Positions 47,980-55,393 of a stretch of DNA of 64,000 nt are shown piece by piece (within the stretch, counting starts at the first letter, position 1; each line of letters opens with the position of its first letter). The stretch covers positions 1-64,000 of IMG/VR virus record IMGVR_UViG_3300036781_000418, one strand, 5' to 3'. The translations under genes and the position numbers were made by a program. The notes beneath the pieces were generated by a model. It did not search any database, was not told where the DNA came from, and saw only the letters and a program-made list of their open reading frames with translations.

Positions 47980-48660
47980 ATGTCACAGTTCAACTACCAA
48001 CCGATCGAGGCCGTCACCCACCCCACCTCGGGAGTTCGGCTCTACAAGACCCCAGACGGCGACTTTCCCAGCATCACCACGATGCTCGGTCAGACTATGC
48101 CACCCGACAAGGCGGCGGTGCTGCAACGTTGGCGCGACTCCATTGGGCATGAGGAGGCGGACGCCCACTCGAAGCGAGCCACGGACCATGGCACGATGGT
48201 GCACACGTGTGTCGAACGGTTCCTACTTGGTACGCCTATTGACGCCCCAGTCGACGGTGAGCCGGTGCCACCTCGTGCCCTCGAGTCGGTACAGAGCCTC
48301 AAGCTGAAGCTCAAGAAGATCAGCCTCATCTACGGTCAGGAGCAGGCGGTCTGGTCGAAGACCCTCAAGCTGGCCGGTCGGTTTGACTGCATGGGCGTCT
48401 ACGACGGTGTTCCGTCAATCATCGACTTCAAGACGTCGGGTCGCATGAAGACACGTGAGGACATTGCGGACTACGAACTGCAGCTCGCCTTCTACGCGAT
48501 CGCCCACAACGAGCTGTTCGGCACCGACGTTCGAAACGGCGTCATCCTCATGTCGGTGGACGGTGGCTTCCCGCTTGAGTTCAGGGTGGCGCTTTTTGAG
48601 GGCGACATCATCAACCGCCTCCTGGCGCGCACCCTTCAGCACCATGCTTTGTTCCGGTAG
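47980..48660 (+). CDS. PD-(D/E)xK exonuclease (Cas4/RecB-like phage exonuclease)
   Basis: PSITT.L, GT.VH...E, AGRFD, IIDFKTS, QL..Y. Confidence 0.9.
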   Translation: MSQFNYQPIEAVTHPTSGVRLYKTPDGDFPSITTMLGQTMPPDKAAVLQRWRDSIGHEEADAHSKRATDHGTMVHTCVERFLLGTPIDAPVDGEPVPPRALESVQSLKLKLKKISLIYGQEQAVWSKTLKLAGRFDCMGVYDGVPSIIDFKTSGRMKTREDIADYELQLAFYAIAHNELFGTDVRNGVILMSVDGGFPLEFRVALFEGDIINRLLARTLQHHALFR

Positions 48661-48692
48661 GCTAAATAAGCGGTAAGTCTCTGGAGTCTTTA

Positions 48693-49127
48693 ATGGACCA
48701 ACTGAACGAATTTAACAGCGTGCTCTCCGTGATGTCCGCACCGGCGATGGCCCTTGGCAGTGCCGTGGCAGATTTGCAGGGTAGGCTGGCTACGGCTGAC
48801 GCGTCGACCCCGTACGTCGCACCGGTCCAACAGGACGCGCCACCAGCCCCGCCACAACCGAAGTACAAGAACATCTACGTGTCCCCAGCGTGCTTTGAGC
48901 AGGCCTCCAACACGCCTGACGGCATGACGGTGTTCAACCTCGTCTTCGACGTGTCCTACACCGACGAGAACGACAGCTACAAGCGCTTCAAGGTCGCCAA
49001 GCAGATCTCCATCTGCCCTGACAAGCTGGCCTGCGAAGCCTCACAAACCCAACCTATCCAGGTCATTGAAAACAAGAGCGAGATCGACGCCATGACGGCG
49101 CGCCTGGTCTTCCTCGGAGGAAAGTAA
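48693..49127 (+). CDS. hypothetical late protein
   Basis: TAAATA at 48663; GGAG RBS; QLNE leader. Confidence 0.7.
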   Translation: MDQLNEFNSVLSVMSAPAMALGSAVADLQGRLATADASTPYVAPVQQDAPPAPPQPKYKNIYVSPACFEQASNTPDGMTVFNLVFDVSYTDENDSYKRFKVAKQISICPDKLACEASQTQPIQVIENKSEIDAMTARLVFLGGK

Positions 49128-49129
49128 AC

Positions 49130-49774
49130 ATGGAACCGATCGTTATCCTGACACACGGCAAAGCAAGCGACCTCGATGAGTTCACGCAAGCCCTCGCCGA
49201 CAAGGACATGCAGGCCACGGTGCTCAACACCGCCACCGCAACCTTGACCGACATCTTGGCCGCACTTGCCGGTGAAGACGACGGTGGCGACAAGAAAGAT
49301 AAGAAGGACGACAAAGATAAGGACAAGGACGATAAGGAACCGAAGGACGACGACCTTGGTGACGACAAGGCGCCCAAGAAGCCGAAGAAGGACAAGGACG
49401 CGGTTGACGACGACACCACGCCACCTGACACTGGCGCTCCAGCGGACGACTCCGCCCCGGCCGACGAGACCTTCGAAGAAGGCTTCAAGCTGGCGAGCGT
49501 GCCGATCAAGGCGGTCGTCAGCGAACGCTACAAGCACGCCCAGCTCCACGCCAACTTCATCGGCGTGTTGTCCGAAGGTGGTGGTTCCTCGCGCAACACG
49601 GTCCAACTCGACCAGTTCTCCGAGATGGTAATCTACGAGGACAACGGTGCGATCCACGCGCCACTGGCCTACGGCGAGACCTACCACGCGCTGTCCGTCA
49701 AGCTCGTCAAGTCGACTTCCCCGACCGCCGTGCTCAAGCTTTCACCCGCCGCCTTCAAGCGCTTTACCAAGTAA
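49130..49774 (+). CDS. hypothetical late protein with D/K-rich linker
   Basis: GGAGG RBS; low-complexity DK tract. Confidence 0.7.
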   Translation: MEPIVILTHGKASDLDEFTQALADKDMQATVLNTATATLTDILAALAGEDDGGDKKDKKDDKDKDKDDKEPKDDDLGDDKAPKKPKKDKDAVDDDTTPPDTGAPADDSAPADETFEEGFKLASVPIKAVVSERYKHAQLHANFIGVLSEGGGSSRNTVQLDQFSEMVIYEDNGAIHAPLAYGETYHALSVKLVKSTSPTAVLKLSPAAFKRFTK

Positions 49775-49777
49775 TCA

Positions 49778-50422
49778 ATGACGACGCCATACGGACCCTT
49801 CATCGTCGCGGAGGATTTTCTATCTCCGCTGCGTTGTGAAAACATCGTCAAGCAGTATGGCATTCGGCGTCCGAGCTTCGATGAGCGCGGACTGCCAATC
49901 AACCAGAAACGAGACCTAGAGTCTGACGTCACCTTCCCGCTGACGTCAGACCTGCTGTCTGACTTTACGTCCGAGATCGAACAACGCTACAACGCGAAGC
50001 TTCGCTCGGACCAGCCGATCTACAAGTTCATCCAGTACTTCGAGAACTCGAAGGAAAAGCCGGAAGGCATGGGCTGTGCGAACTCCGTGTACCAACGGAA
50101 GAAGTGGACCCGCTCCCGAGACGTCGACCTGGTCGGCTACATCTGGCTGAAGTCCTACTGCGGCACCGTGCCACTTGACCCTCGTGAAGAGGTGTACGGT
50201 GGCAAGCTCGAATTTCCGAGGTGGAACTGCTCCCTCACGCCGAACCGTGGCACGATGGTGATCTTTCCAGCGGGCCCTCAGTTCCTGACGAGCGTCTCAC
50301 ACGTCCTGGTCGGCAGTCTCGAGCTGATCAAGTTCGGTATAAAGCTGCAGGCGCCAGACGGCGAGCCATGGAGCTTTGAAGGTGAGCGATACTCCGGTGA
50401 ATTTCCGGAGTGGTTCGTCTAA
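49778..50422 (+). CDS. 2OG-Fe(II) oxygenase-fold protein, apparently degenerate
   Basis: DFLS...C, YGGKLEFP, P..GTMVIFP; no recognisable HxD..H triad. Confidence 0.6.
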   Translation: MTTPYGPFIVAEDFLSPLRCENIVKQYGIRRPSFDERGLPINQKRDLESDVTFPLTSDLLSDFTSEIEQRYNAKLRSDQPIYKFIQYFENSKEKPEGMGCANSVYQRKKWTRSRDVDLVGYIWLKSYCGTVPLDPREEVYGGKLEFPRWNCSLTPNRGTMVIFPAGPQFLTSVSHVLVGSLELIKFGIKLQAPDGEPWSFEGERYSGEFPEWFV

Positions 50423-50442
50423 GTCGACCGCACGCTACTAAT

Positions 50443-50468
50443 AAGAGGACCTCACTGAGGTCCTCTTT
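50443..50468 (+). terminator. terminator
   Basis: AAGAGGACCTC-ACT-GAGGTCCTCTTT. Confidence 0.85.
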
Positions 50469-50498
50469 CGTTTTCGGCTCTGCTCACGCAGTGCGACG

Positions 50499-50533
50499 CG
50501 TAGAGGCATTAGCTGGCAGATAGTGCGGGTTCA
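50499..50533 (+). repeat. 35-bp dispersed intergenic repeat, copy 2
   Basis: One mismatch to 9013-9047. Confidence 0.9.
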
Positions 50534-50710
50534 TGATCCTGATCCTGAGGATGTAACGACGGAGGGTCAGGGAAGTAAAGTGTAACCAGCTATGTACAAA
50601 GTCAAACGAGGGATTAGAATTCACCTAACTGCTAAACCTTGCAGCCCGAAGCTGAAGCGAATCTTCAGCGTTATTTGAGGAGTAATCCTCGCAAATTTCT
50701 GGAGAACATC

Positions 50711-51040
50711 ATGACCGCATCCACCAAGAAGACCGCCCGTGCCGCCAAGGCCAAGCCCGAAGTCCGTGAACGTCCGAAGGCTGCCGACGCAATGGCCGGC
50801 CGCGGTCGCATGACTTTCGGCGAAGCCTACATCCGTGACGTGATCGCCGGTGTCCAGCGTGACTTCAGCAAGCAGCTGTCCCACGCCGTCGCCCTCGGCA
50901 TCGACTCGAAGGCGAAGCTGGCCAAGCTGGAAGGCACCGAACTGCGTGACAAGCTCGCGGCCAAGCTGAAGAAGCTGCCGAAGGCTCAGCAAGTCTGGTC
51001 CGCCACGCCCGAAGGTGAAGTCATCGCGATGGTCGGCTGA
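50711..51040 (+). CDS. basic Lys/Ala-rich early protein
   Basis: GGAG RBS; TAGAAT at 50615; strongly biased codons. Confidence 0.75.
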   Translation: MTASTKKTARAAKAKPEVRERPKAADAMAGRGRMTFGEAYIRDVIAGVQRDFSKQLSHAVALGIDSKAKLAKLEGTELRDKLAAKLKKLPKAQQVWSATPEGEVIAMVG

Positions 51041-51095
51041 TCAAGAAGTTCGTTCCCCTGGTCCGCTTTTCCTCCCTGAGTGGACCAGGTCCTTC

Positions 51096-51130
51096 GCCCC
51101 CTATGACTAACCCTCATAGGGGGCTCTTTT
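51096..51130 (+). terminator. terminator
   Basis: GCCCCTATGA..TCATAGGGGGC plus T run; a second hairpin lies just upstream. Confidence 0.75.
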
Positions 51131-51143
51131 ATGCGGAGCCCAC

Positions 51144-51449
51144 ATGAACACCCCAGAACTCCCGAAGGACTACCACTACTTCTGCCACGCTCGTGCGAAG
51201 CGCGGATTTAGCCTTGAACGTCGCGACCTCCTGGCCAGGGTGCGGGCTGAGCTGAACGACCTTGTCCATGCGATCATCGCCATCCAAGCCTCCGGGCAGC
51301 ACGTCACGCAGGATCAACTTGATCGGCGCAAGGCGCACGAGGACCAGATCGAGTCCTTCCTCAAGCAGCTGGACACCATGTGCTGGCCCGCCAAGTTCGG
51401 GCCGAAGGTCCGACACCAGGTCCGGCCAAGTCGCAGTCGCCAGACCTGA
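51144..51449 (+). CDS. hypothetical protein
   Basis: GGAG RBS. Confidence 0.65.
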   Translation: MNTPELPKDYHYFCHARAKRGFSLERRDLLARVRAELNDLVHAIIAIQASGQHVTQDQLDRRKAHEDQIESFLKQLDTMCWPAKFGPKVRHQVRPSRSRQT

Positions 51450-51462
51450 CCAACCGCTGAAA

Positions 51463-51546
51463 CGACACGAGGGCCCCTAGGGGCCCTCGACTGTTTAGCT
51501 CATCACCAACACCGACCGAAGTGAGCCGTCGTCGCCTCGTGTCGCC
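51463..51546. repeat. GGCGACACGAG-family inverted pair with internal hairpin
   Basis: CGACACGAGG (51463-51472) and CCTCGTGTCG (51535-51544) between convergent genes. Confidence 0.75.
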
Positions 51547-51551
51547 GAGCC

Positions 51552-51848
51552 TTAGGCCTCAGCTGATACGTTCGACGACGAGCTCGAAGCCGTGCCGTCG
51601 TGGCAGGATGACTTCTTGCAGTGCACCTTAATCTTCGTGGAACCCTTGATCGCGACGGGCTGGTTCTCCACGAACACGGTGGACGTGAAGTTGCTGATGA
51701 AGACCGTCGGCGGGTAACCGTCATGTCCCGTCGTCGTGGGGTGTCCCTTGGTCGTGATGGCGATGTTGTTGGCGAAGACCGTGCTGGCCCCGTCCGCTGA
51801 GAAGTCCCCACAACTGACCTTGTCGCCGATTCGAACTACGTTGCCCAT
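51552..51848 (-). CDS. PAAR-domain spike tip protein
   Basis: RIGD..SCG, STVF.N, GH, STVFVE..PVA, H..H, S.NV. Confidence 0.85.
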   Translation of the reverse strand: MGNVVRIGDKVSCGDFSADGASTVFANNIAITTKGHPTTTGHDGYPPTVFISNFTSTVFVENQPVAIKGSTKIKVHCKKSSCHDGTASSSSSNVSAEA

Positions 51849-53452
51849 TAGAGTGCCTTGATTGCCGCGGTGATGGAGGTGACACGGTTGCTCCAGCCCT
51901 TGGCGAAGCGCGCCTGAGCTGGGTTGGCCGCGACGATGGAGTCGTACGTCTTCTGACGGGCGGCGGCGTACTGGTCCACCTGCTGGTCGTCCGTGCCTGA
52001 GAGGTTGGCCGACGCCTTGATGGAGTTTGCACGTGAGACGCCGTGGTTGACACACGTGTCGAAGTGCATGGCCGCCACCTTCAAGGAGAACGCGTCACAG
52101 CCACCAGCCGTCCAGTAGCGGTTGTAGTAGACGGACTTGGCGTCGGTCAGGGCGATGGACTTCACGTCCGTCTGACGGTTCGCGTTCTGCGAGACGCCGT
52201 ACTTGGTGAGACCGCCGGAGTCGACTGGGTCGTTCACGTAGCCGACCTTCTTTTGCTGGGCCGCCGTCGTGATGTTTCCGGCGATGACGTCACTGTCCGC
52301 CTCGTTCCAGAAGCCGCCAACCTCGTAGTGCATGGACAGCGTGAAGGACGTGTCAAAGTCGGCTGGTGCGGTGGACGGGTCCTGTGGTGGTTGCGGTCCC
52401 TGTGTCGGATCAGGGTTGGCCACTGGGTCGTTCGGGTAGTCGCCACCGAAGGTCTTGCAGCTTTCCGCCTGACGAGCCGCCACCTCGTCCTGCGTCAGTG
52501 TCGCGGTGGACGTGCGTGGCGTAGGGTTAGGGTCAGTCGGCGTTCCGTCTGGGTTCGTACCTGGCGAAATCTTCAAGGAACCGTTGATGTACGGCTCAGG
52601 GTCGACGAAGGTGCCGTTCGGCAGCTTGCACTCGAAGTGAAGGTGCGGGCCAGTGACGGCGCCCGTGGCCCCTTCCTTACCGATCACCTGCCCAGCCATG
52701 ACCTTCTGCCCAGTGCCAGCGTAGCAGGCGGCCAGGTGGTTGTACGTCGTGGTGCAGAGCACGGTGCCGTTCGGCAGCGAGTGCTGGACGTGAACGCGCA
52801 GGCCGTAGCCCGTCGCTGGGTCGCCACCTGACAAGATGACCTGACCGTCGGCTGCGGCCACCACGTCCACGATCTTGTTTCCAGGCAGGACCATGTCAAT
52901 GCCGGTGTGGGCCTTCATGACGTGCGTGATTGGGTGCAGGCGTGGGCCGTACTTCGAGTTGACGATGCCACCAGGTAGCGGGGAGATGAAGCTGATGCTC
53001 GAGTTCTCGGAGGTGGAGGACCGTGGCACCATGACGAAGGTGCGTGAGTCGACCAAGTCGGTGCCGTTCATCGCCTTGATCTTCACGTTGATTGTCTCAC
53101 CGAAGCGCGAGTCAAAGGTGCCGCTCAAATGTCCAGCCGTCGTGTCGAAGGTCAGGCCCGCGATCGTCGTGGTGGCGGTGCCGTTCTCACTCAGCTCCCA
53201 AACCGTGGCTGAACCACTGGTCAGCGTGAACGTCACGTCCACCTGCCCAGTGCCACTCACCGGAATCGTGGTGTTCTCAATCTTGCCAGTCGGCGTGTCG
53301 GTAGCATCGTCGTGCAGGCCCGTCATGTTCCCACCACGCCGTGCGTAGCAGTCTACGTTCTCACCTGGGAGAATCGAGTTCTCCTCACCTTGAGCCTCAG
53401 TAGAGCTGCCAGATAGGTTGGTGGGCTGCGGTGCTGGTGGGCAGCATGACAT
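51848..53452 (-). CDS. M23 peptidase + GH108 muramidase fusion
   Basis: HTGID, GYG, YNHL, TGPHLHFE (M23); GYVNDP.D.GG.TKYGV, YW, FD..VN.G, F.KGW.NR (GH108/PG-binding). Confidence 0.9.
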   Translation of the reverse strand: MSCCPPAPQPTNLSGSSTEAQGEENSILPGENVDCYARRGGNMTGLHDDATDTPTGKIENTTIPVSGTGQVDVTFTLTSGSATVWELSENGTATTTIAGLTFDTTAGHLSGTFDSRFGETINVKIKAMNGTDLVDSRTFVMVPRSSTSENSSISFISPLPGGIVNSKYGPRLHPITHVMKAHTGIDMVLPGNKIVDVVAAADGQVILSGGDPATGYGLRVHVQHSLPNGTVLCTTTYNHLAACYAGTGQKVMAGQVIGKEGATGAVTGPHLHFECKLPNGTFVDPEPYINGSLKISPGTNPDGTPTDPNPTPRTSTATLTQDEVAARQAESCKTFGGDYPNDPVANPDPTQGPQPPQDPSTAPADFDTSFTLSMHYEVGGFWNEADSDVIAGNITTAAQQKKVGYVNDPVDSGGLTKYGVSQNANRQTDVKSIALTDAKSVYYNRYWTAGGCDAFSLKVAAMHFDTCVNHGVSRANSIKASANLSGTDDQQVDQYAAARQKTYDSIVAANPAQARFAKGWSNRVTSITAAIKAL

Positions 53453-53760
53453 TACTTCGAGGCTCCTTGGGCCGGCGCTGAGGCCGCTTCAGGCGGGGCG
53501 ACGGGCGCTTCGTAGAACTTGACGAGCTCAAGCGTGATCCGCTCAAGCTGACGCTGACGATCTTCGGACGCGGCGATCCACGTGGCCAACTGCGATTGGT
53601 CGGCCGTCTTCACGTCGATCGGGTCTGGGTACGGTGGTAGCTTCTTCTGGTCGGCACTGGCGGTACGCACCACGTAGTTGGTCTCCACCACGACTTCCTT
53701 CTCAGGGACGGTGGCGCAGGCGGACAGGGCGATGGCGAGGATTAGGATGAGGCGCTTCAT
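53452..53760 (-). CDS. o-spanin (outer-membrane lipoprotein)
   Basis: Lipobox LSAC; Pro-rich; adjacent to i-spanin. Confidence 0.8.
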   Translation of the reverse strand: MKRLILILAIALSACATVPEKEVVVETNYVVRTASADQKKLPPYPDPIDVKTADQSQLATWIAASEDRQRQLERITLELVKFYEAPVAPPEAASAPAQGASK

Positions 53761-54197
53761 TGCTTGGCTCCGTCGAGCTCAGCTTGACGCTGGCTACGTG
53801 CTTGTTGGATGGCGTCAACCGTCAGCTGCAGGACTGGAGAGAGCTCCACCTTGTTCAGCGGGTTGTTCTTTTGGATGTTGATGGCCGACTTGAGTGTGTT
53901 GATCGTCACGGCGTCCTTGGCCTTCAGGGACTCGAGCGTCTTGACCGCGTCGGCCGAACGCTCTTGGTCCGCCTGCATCTGACGAATCGTCTCTTGGTTG
54001 GTCTTGTTGGCTTGGACGGCGGTGTCCAGCTGCGCGCTGATCGTAGTTACCTGCGCCTCAGCCGTCACGCGAGCCTCATGTTCCATGGTCAGCTTGAACC
54101 ACTGCCAGGTAAAGGCGCCGCCGATGGCGAGCACAATCAGCCCAATGCCGATCAACTTGGCGTTACCGCCGGTGAAAAGGGAAAGAAGAAAGCCCAT
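53757..54197 (-). CDS. i-spanin
   Basis: N-terminal TM then coiled coil; AGGAG RBS; TAAATA upstream. Confidence 0.8.
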   Translation of the reverse strand: MGFLLSLFTGGNAKLIGIGLIVLAIGGAFTWQWFKLTMEHEARVTAEAQVTTISAQLDTAVQANKTNQETIRQMQADQERSADAVKTLESLKAKDAVTINTLKSAINIQKNNPLNKVELSPVLQLTVDAIQQARSQRQAELDGAKQ

Positions 54198-54254
54198 ATC
54201 AGATCTCCTATGATATGGGCTTATTTACGTCTATTCCTTAGAATGTATTTAGAC

Positions 54255-54476
54255 TCACGTGACCAACGCCGACCCCGTCTGTGGAGAGCTCCACGTGATG
54301 GTGATTTCGTTCAGTCCAGGATCAGCGACTACCTTGAGTGGTAGCACCTTGAAAACGACCCCATCTAGTTCCAGCCGTGTGTCGACGTTTACGAGTCGGC
54401 CGAAGTTGTGCGTGATAATCCAGGTGTCGCTTGGCGACTCTGGTGTGAAGGTAAAGTTCTGCAGTCCAGCCATCAT
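54255..54476 (-). CDS. small structural protein (W.I.HN domain)
   Basis: SDTWIITHNFG..G.A. Confidence 0.7.
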   Translation of the reverse strand: MMAGLQNFTFTPESPSDTWIITHNFGRLVNVDTRLELDGVVFKVLPLKVVADPGLNEITITWSSPQTGSALVT

Positions 54477-54691
54477 GAGCACCTTGCGAAGCCGCTCTGG
54501 GCGTTCGTGAACGTGACCGTAGCCGTGTTCACGTCGACGAAGGTGATGGTTGGCAGCACCTTGACGAGCTCAGAGTTTAGGTTGATGTAGACGTCCATGA
54601 TCGGGTAGCCACCGATGTTGTGAACTACCGTCCACGTCGTGTCCGCAACGTCCTGGGTATGGGTAAACTGAGTTGCGACGCGGTAGGTCAT
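54473..54691 (-). CDS. small structural protein (W.I.HN domain)
   Basis: TTWTVVHNIGGYP..VTF..SG.A. Confidence 0.75.
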   Translation of the reverse strand: MTYRVATQFTHTQDVADTTWTVVHNIGGYPIMDVYINLNSELVKVLPTITFVDVNTATVTFTNAQSGFARCS

Positions 54692-55293
54692 TAGATCAAC
54701 CTCGCTACACCCACGTAGGCCTGATCAAAGGTGACCGTGACCTGGTTGATGCTGTTGAACGTGATGGACTCAGGCTGCACTTCCTGGTTGCCGATGAAGA
54801 TCCGCACGATCGGCTCGTAGCCGAGGTTGTGGTTGATGACCCATGTGTCGGACAACGACGTCTGCGTGAACTCGAAGGCGTACGTCGGCTTGGTGTTGCC
54901 GTCGATTGAACCAGAAAGCAGCACCGCGCGACCAGTCGTTGTGCCGGCAAACGTGACCACCACTTGGGAGTTTGACAGGATGGTGATCGTGTCTGGAATG
55001 ATCACTTCGTTCGAGTCGTTGAAGATCTGAACGATGAGTCCAGTCGTGTTCAAGTTGTGGTTGATCGTCCAGGAAGATGACGACGTCGTCTGCGAGTACG
55101 AGAACATGTCAATCTCGCGCGTCATCGGCACCCAGACTGGCAGGTTGTTTGACGTGCTGACGCAGATGTACAGGATGCTGTTGACGAACGCGACTTCACC
55201 GGCCTTTGGGCCTGCGGGGAACGCCGTGTTGACTGGAATGACCGCACGCTGCAGCTCGTTCTGCTGGAGGTTGGCGTGGCCGTAGAATTTCAT
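54691..55293 (-). CDS. structural protein with two W.I.HN domains
   Basis: WTINHNL and WVINHNLG; TAAATA at 55319-55324. Confidence 0.75.
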   Translation of the reverse strand: MKFYGHANLQQNELQRAVIPVNTAFPAGPKAGEVAFVNSILYICVSTSNNLPVWVPMTREIDMFSYSQTTSSSSWTINHNLNTTGLIVQIFNDSNEVIIPDTITILSNSQVVVTFAGTTTGRAVLLSGSIDGNTKPTYAFEFTQTSLSDTWVINHNLGYEPIVRIFIGNQEVQPESITFNSINQVTVTFDQAYVGVARLI

Positions 55294-55347
55294 GGTGGTG
55301 GCTTCCTCTGTAAATGGCTATTTAGAACCTGAAGGTAGATTTTGGGC

Positions 55348-55379
55348 AAAAGAAAAGGCGGCCGAAGCCGCCTTCTTTT
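55348..55379 (-). terminator. terminator
   Basis: AAGGCGGC-CGAA-GCCGCCTT flanked by A and T runs. Confidence 0.8.
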
Positions 55380-55393
55380 CGATCAAACTATGA

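Noticed and set aside
47980-48660. Cas4-like nuclease as a sign of CRISPR-Cas
   Set aside because: No regularly spaced repeat array, no other cas genes and no Fe-S cysteines; solo exonucleases of this type are common in phages
49285-49415. GAC/AAG tandem-repeat-like tract
   Set aside because: Simply encodes a low-complexity Asp/Lys linker
8963-50468. Recurrent GGGACC-N4-GGTCCC hairpins as a mobile repeat
   Set aside because: Positions after stop codons, mostly with T/A tails, fit a shared intrinsic-terminator design
51040-51130. tRNA gene in hairpin-rich intergenic regions
   Set aside because: No cloverleaf or T-loop consensus here or in other gaps; better explained as terminators
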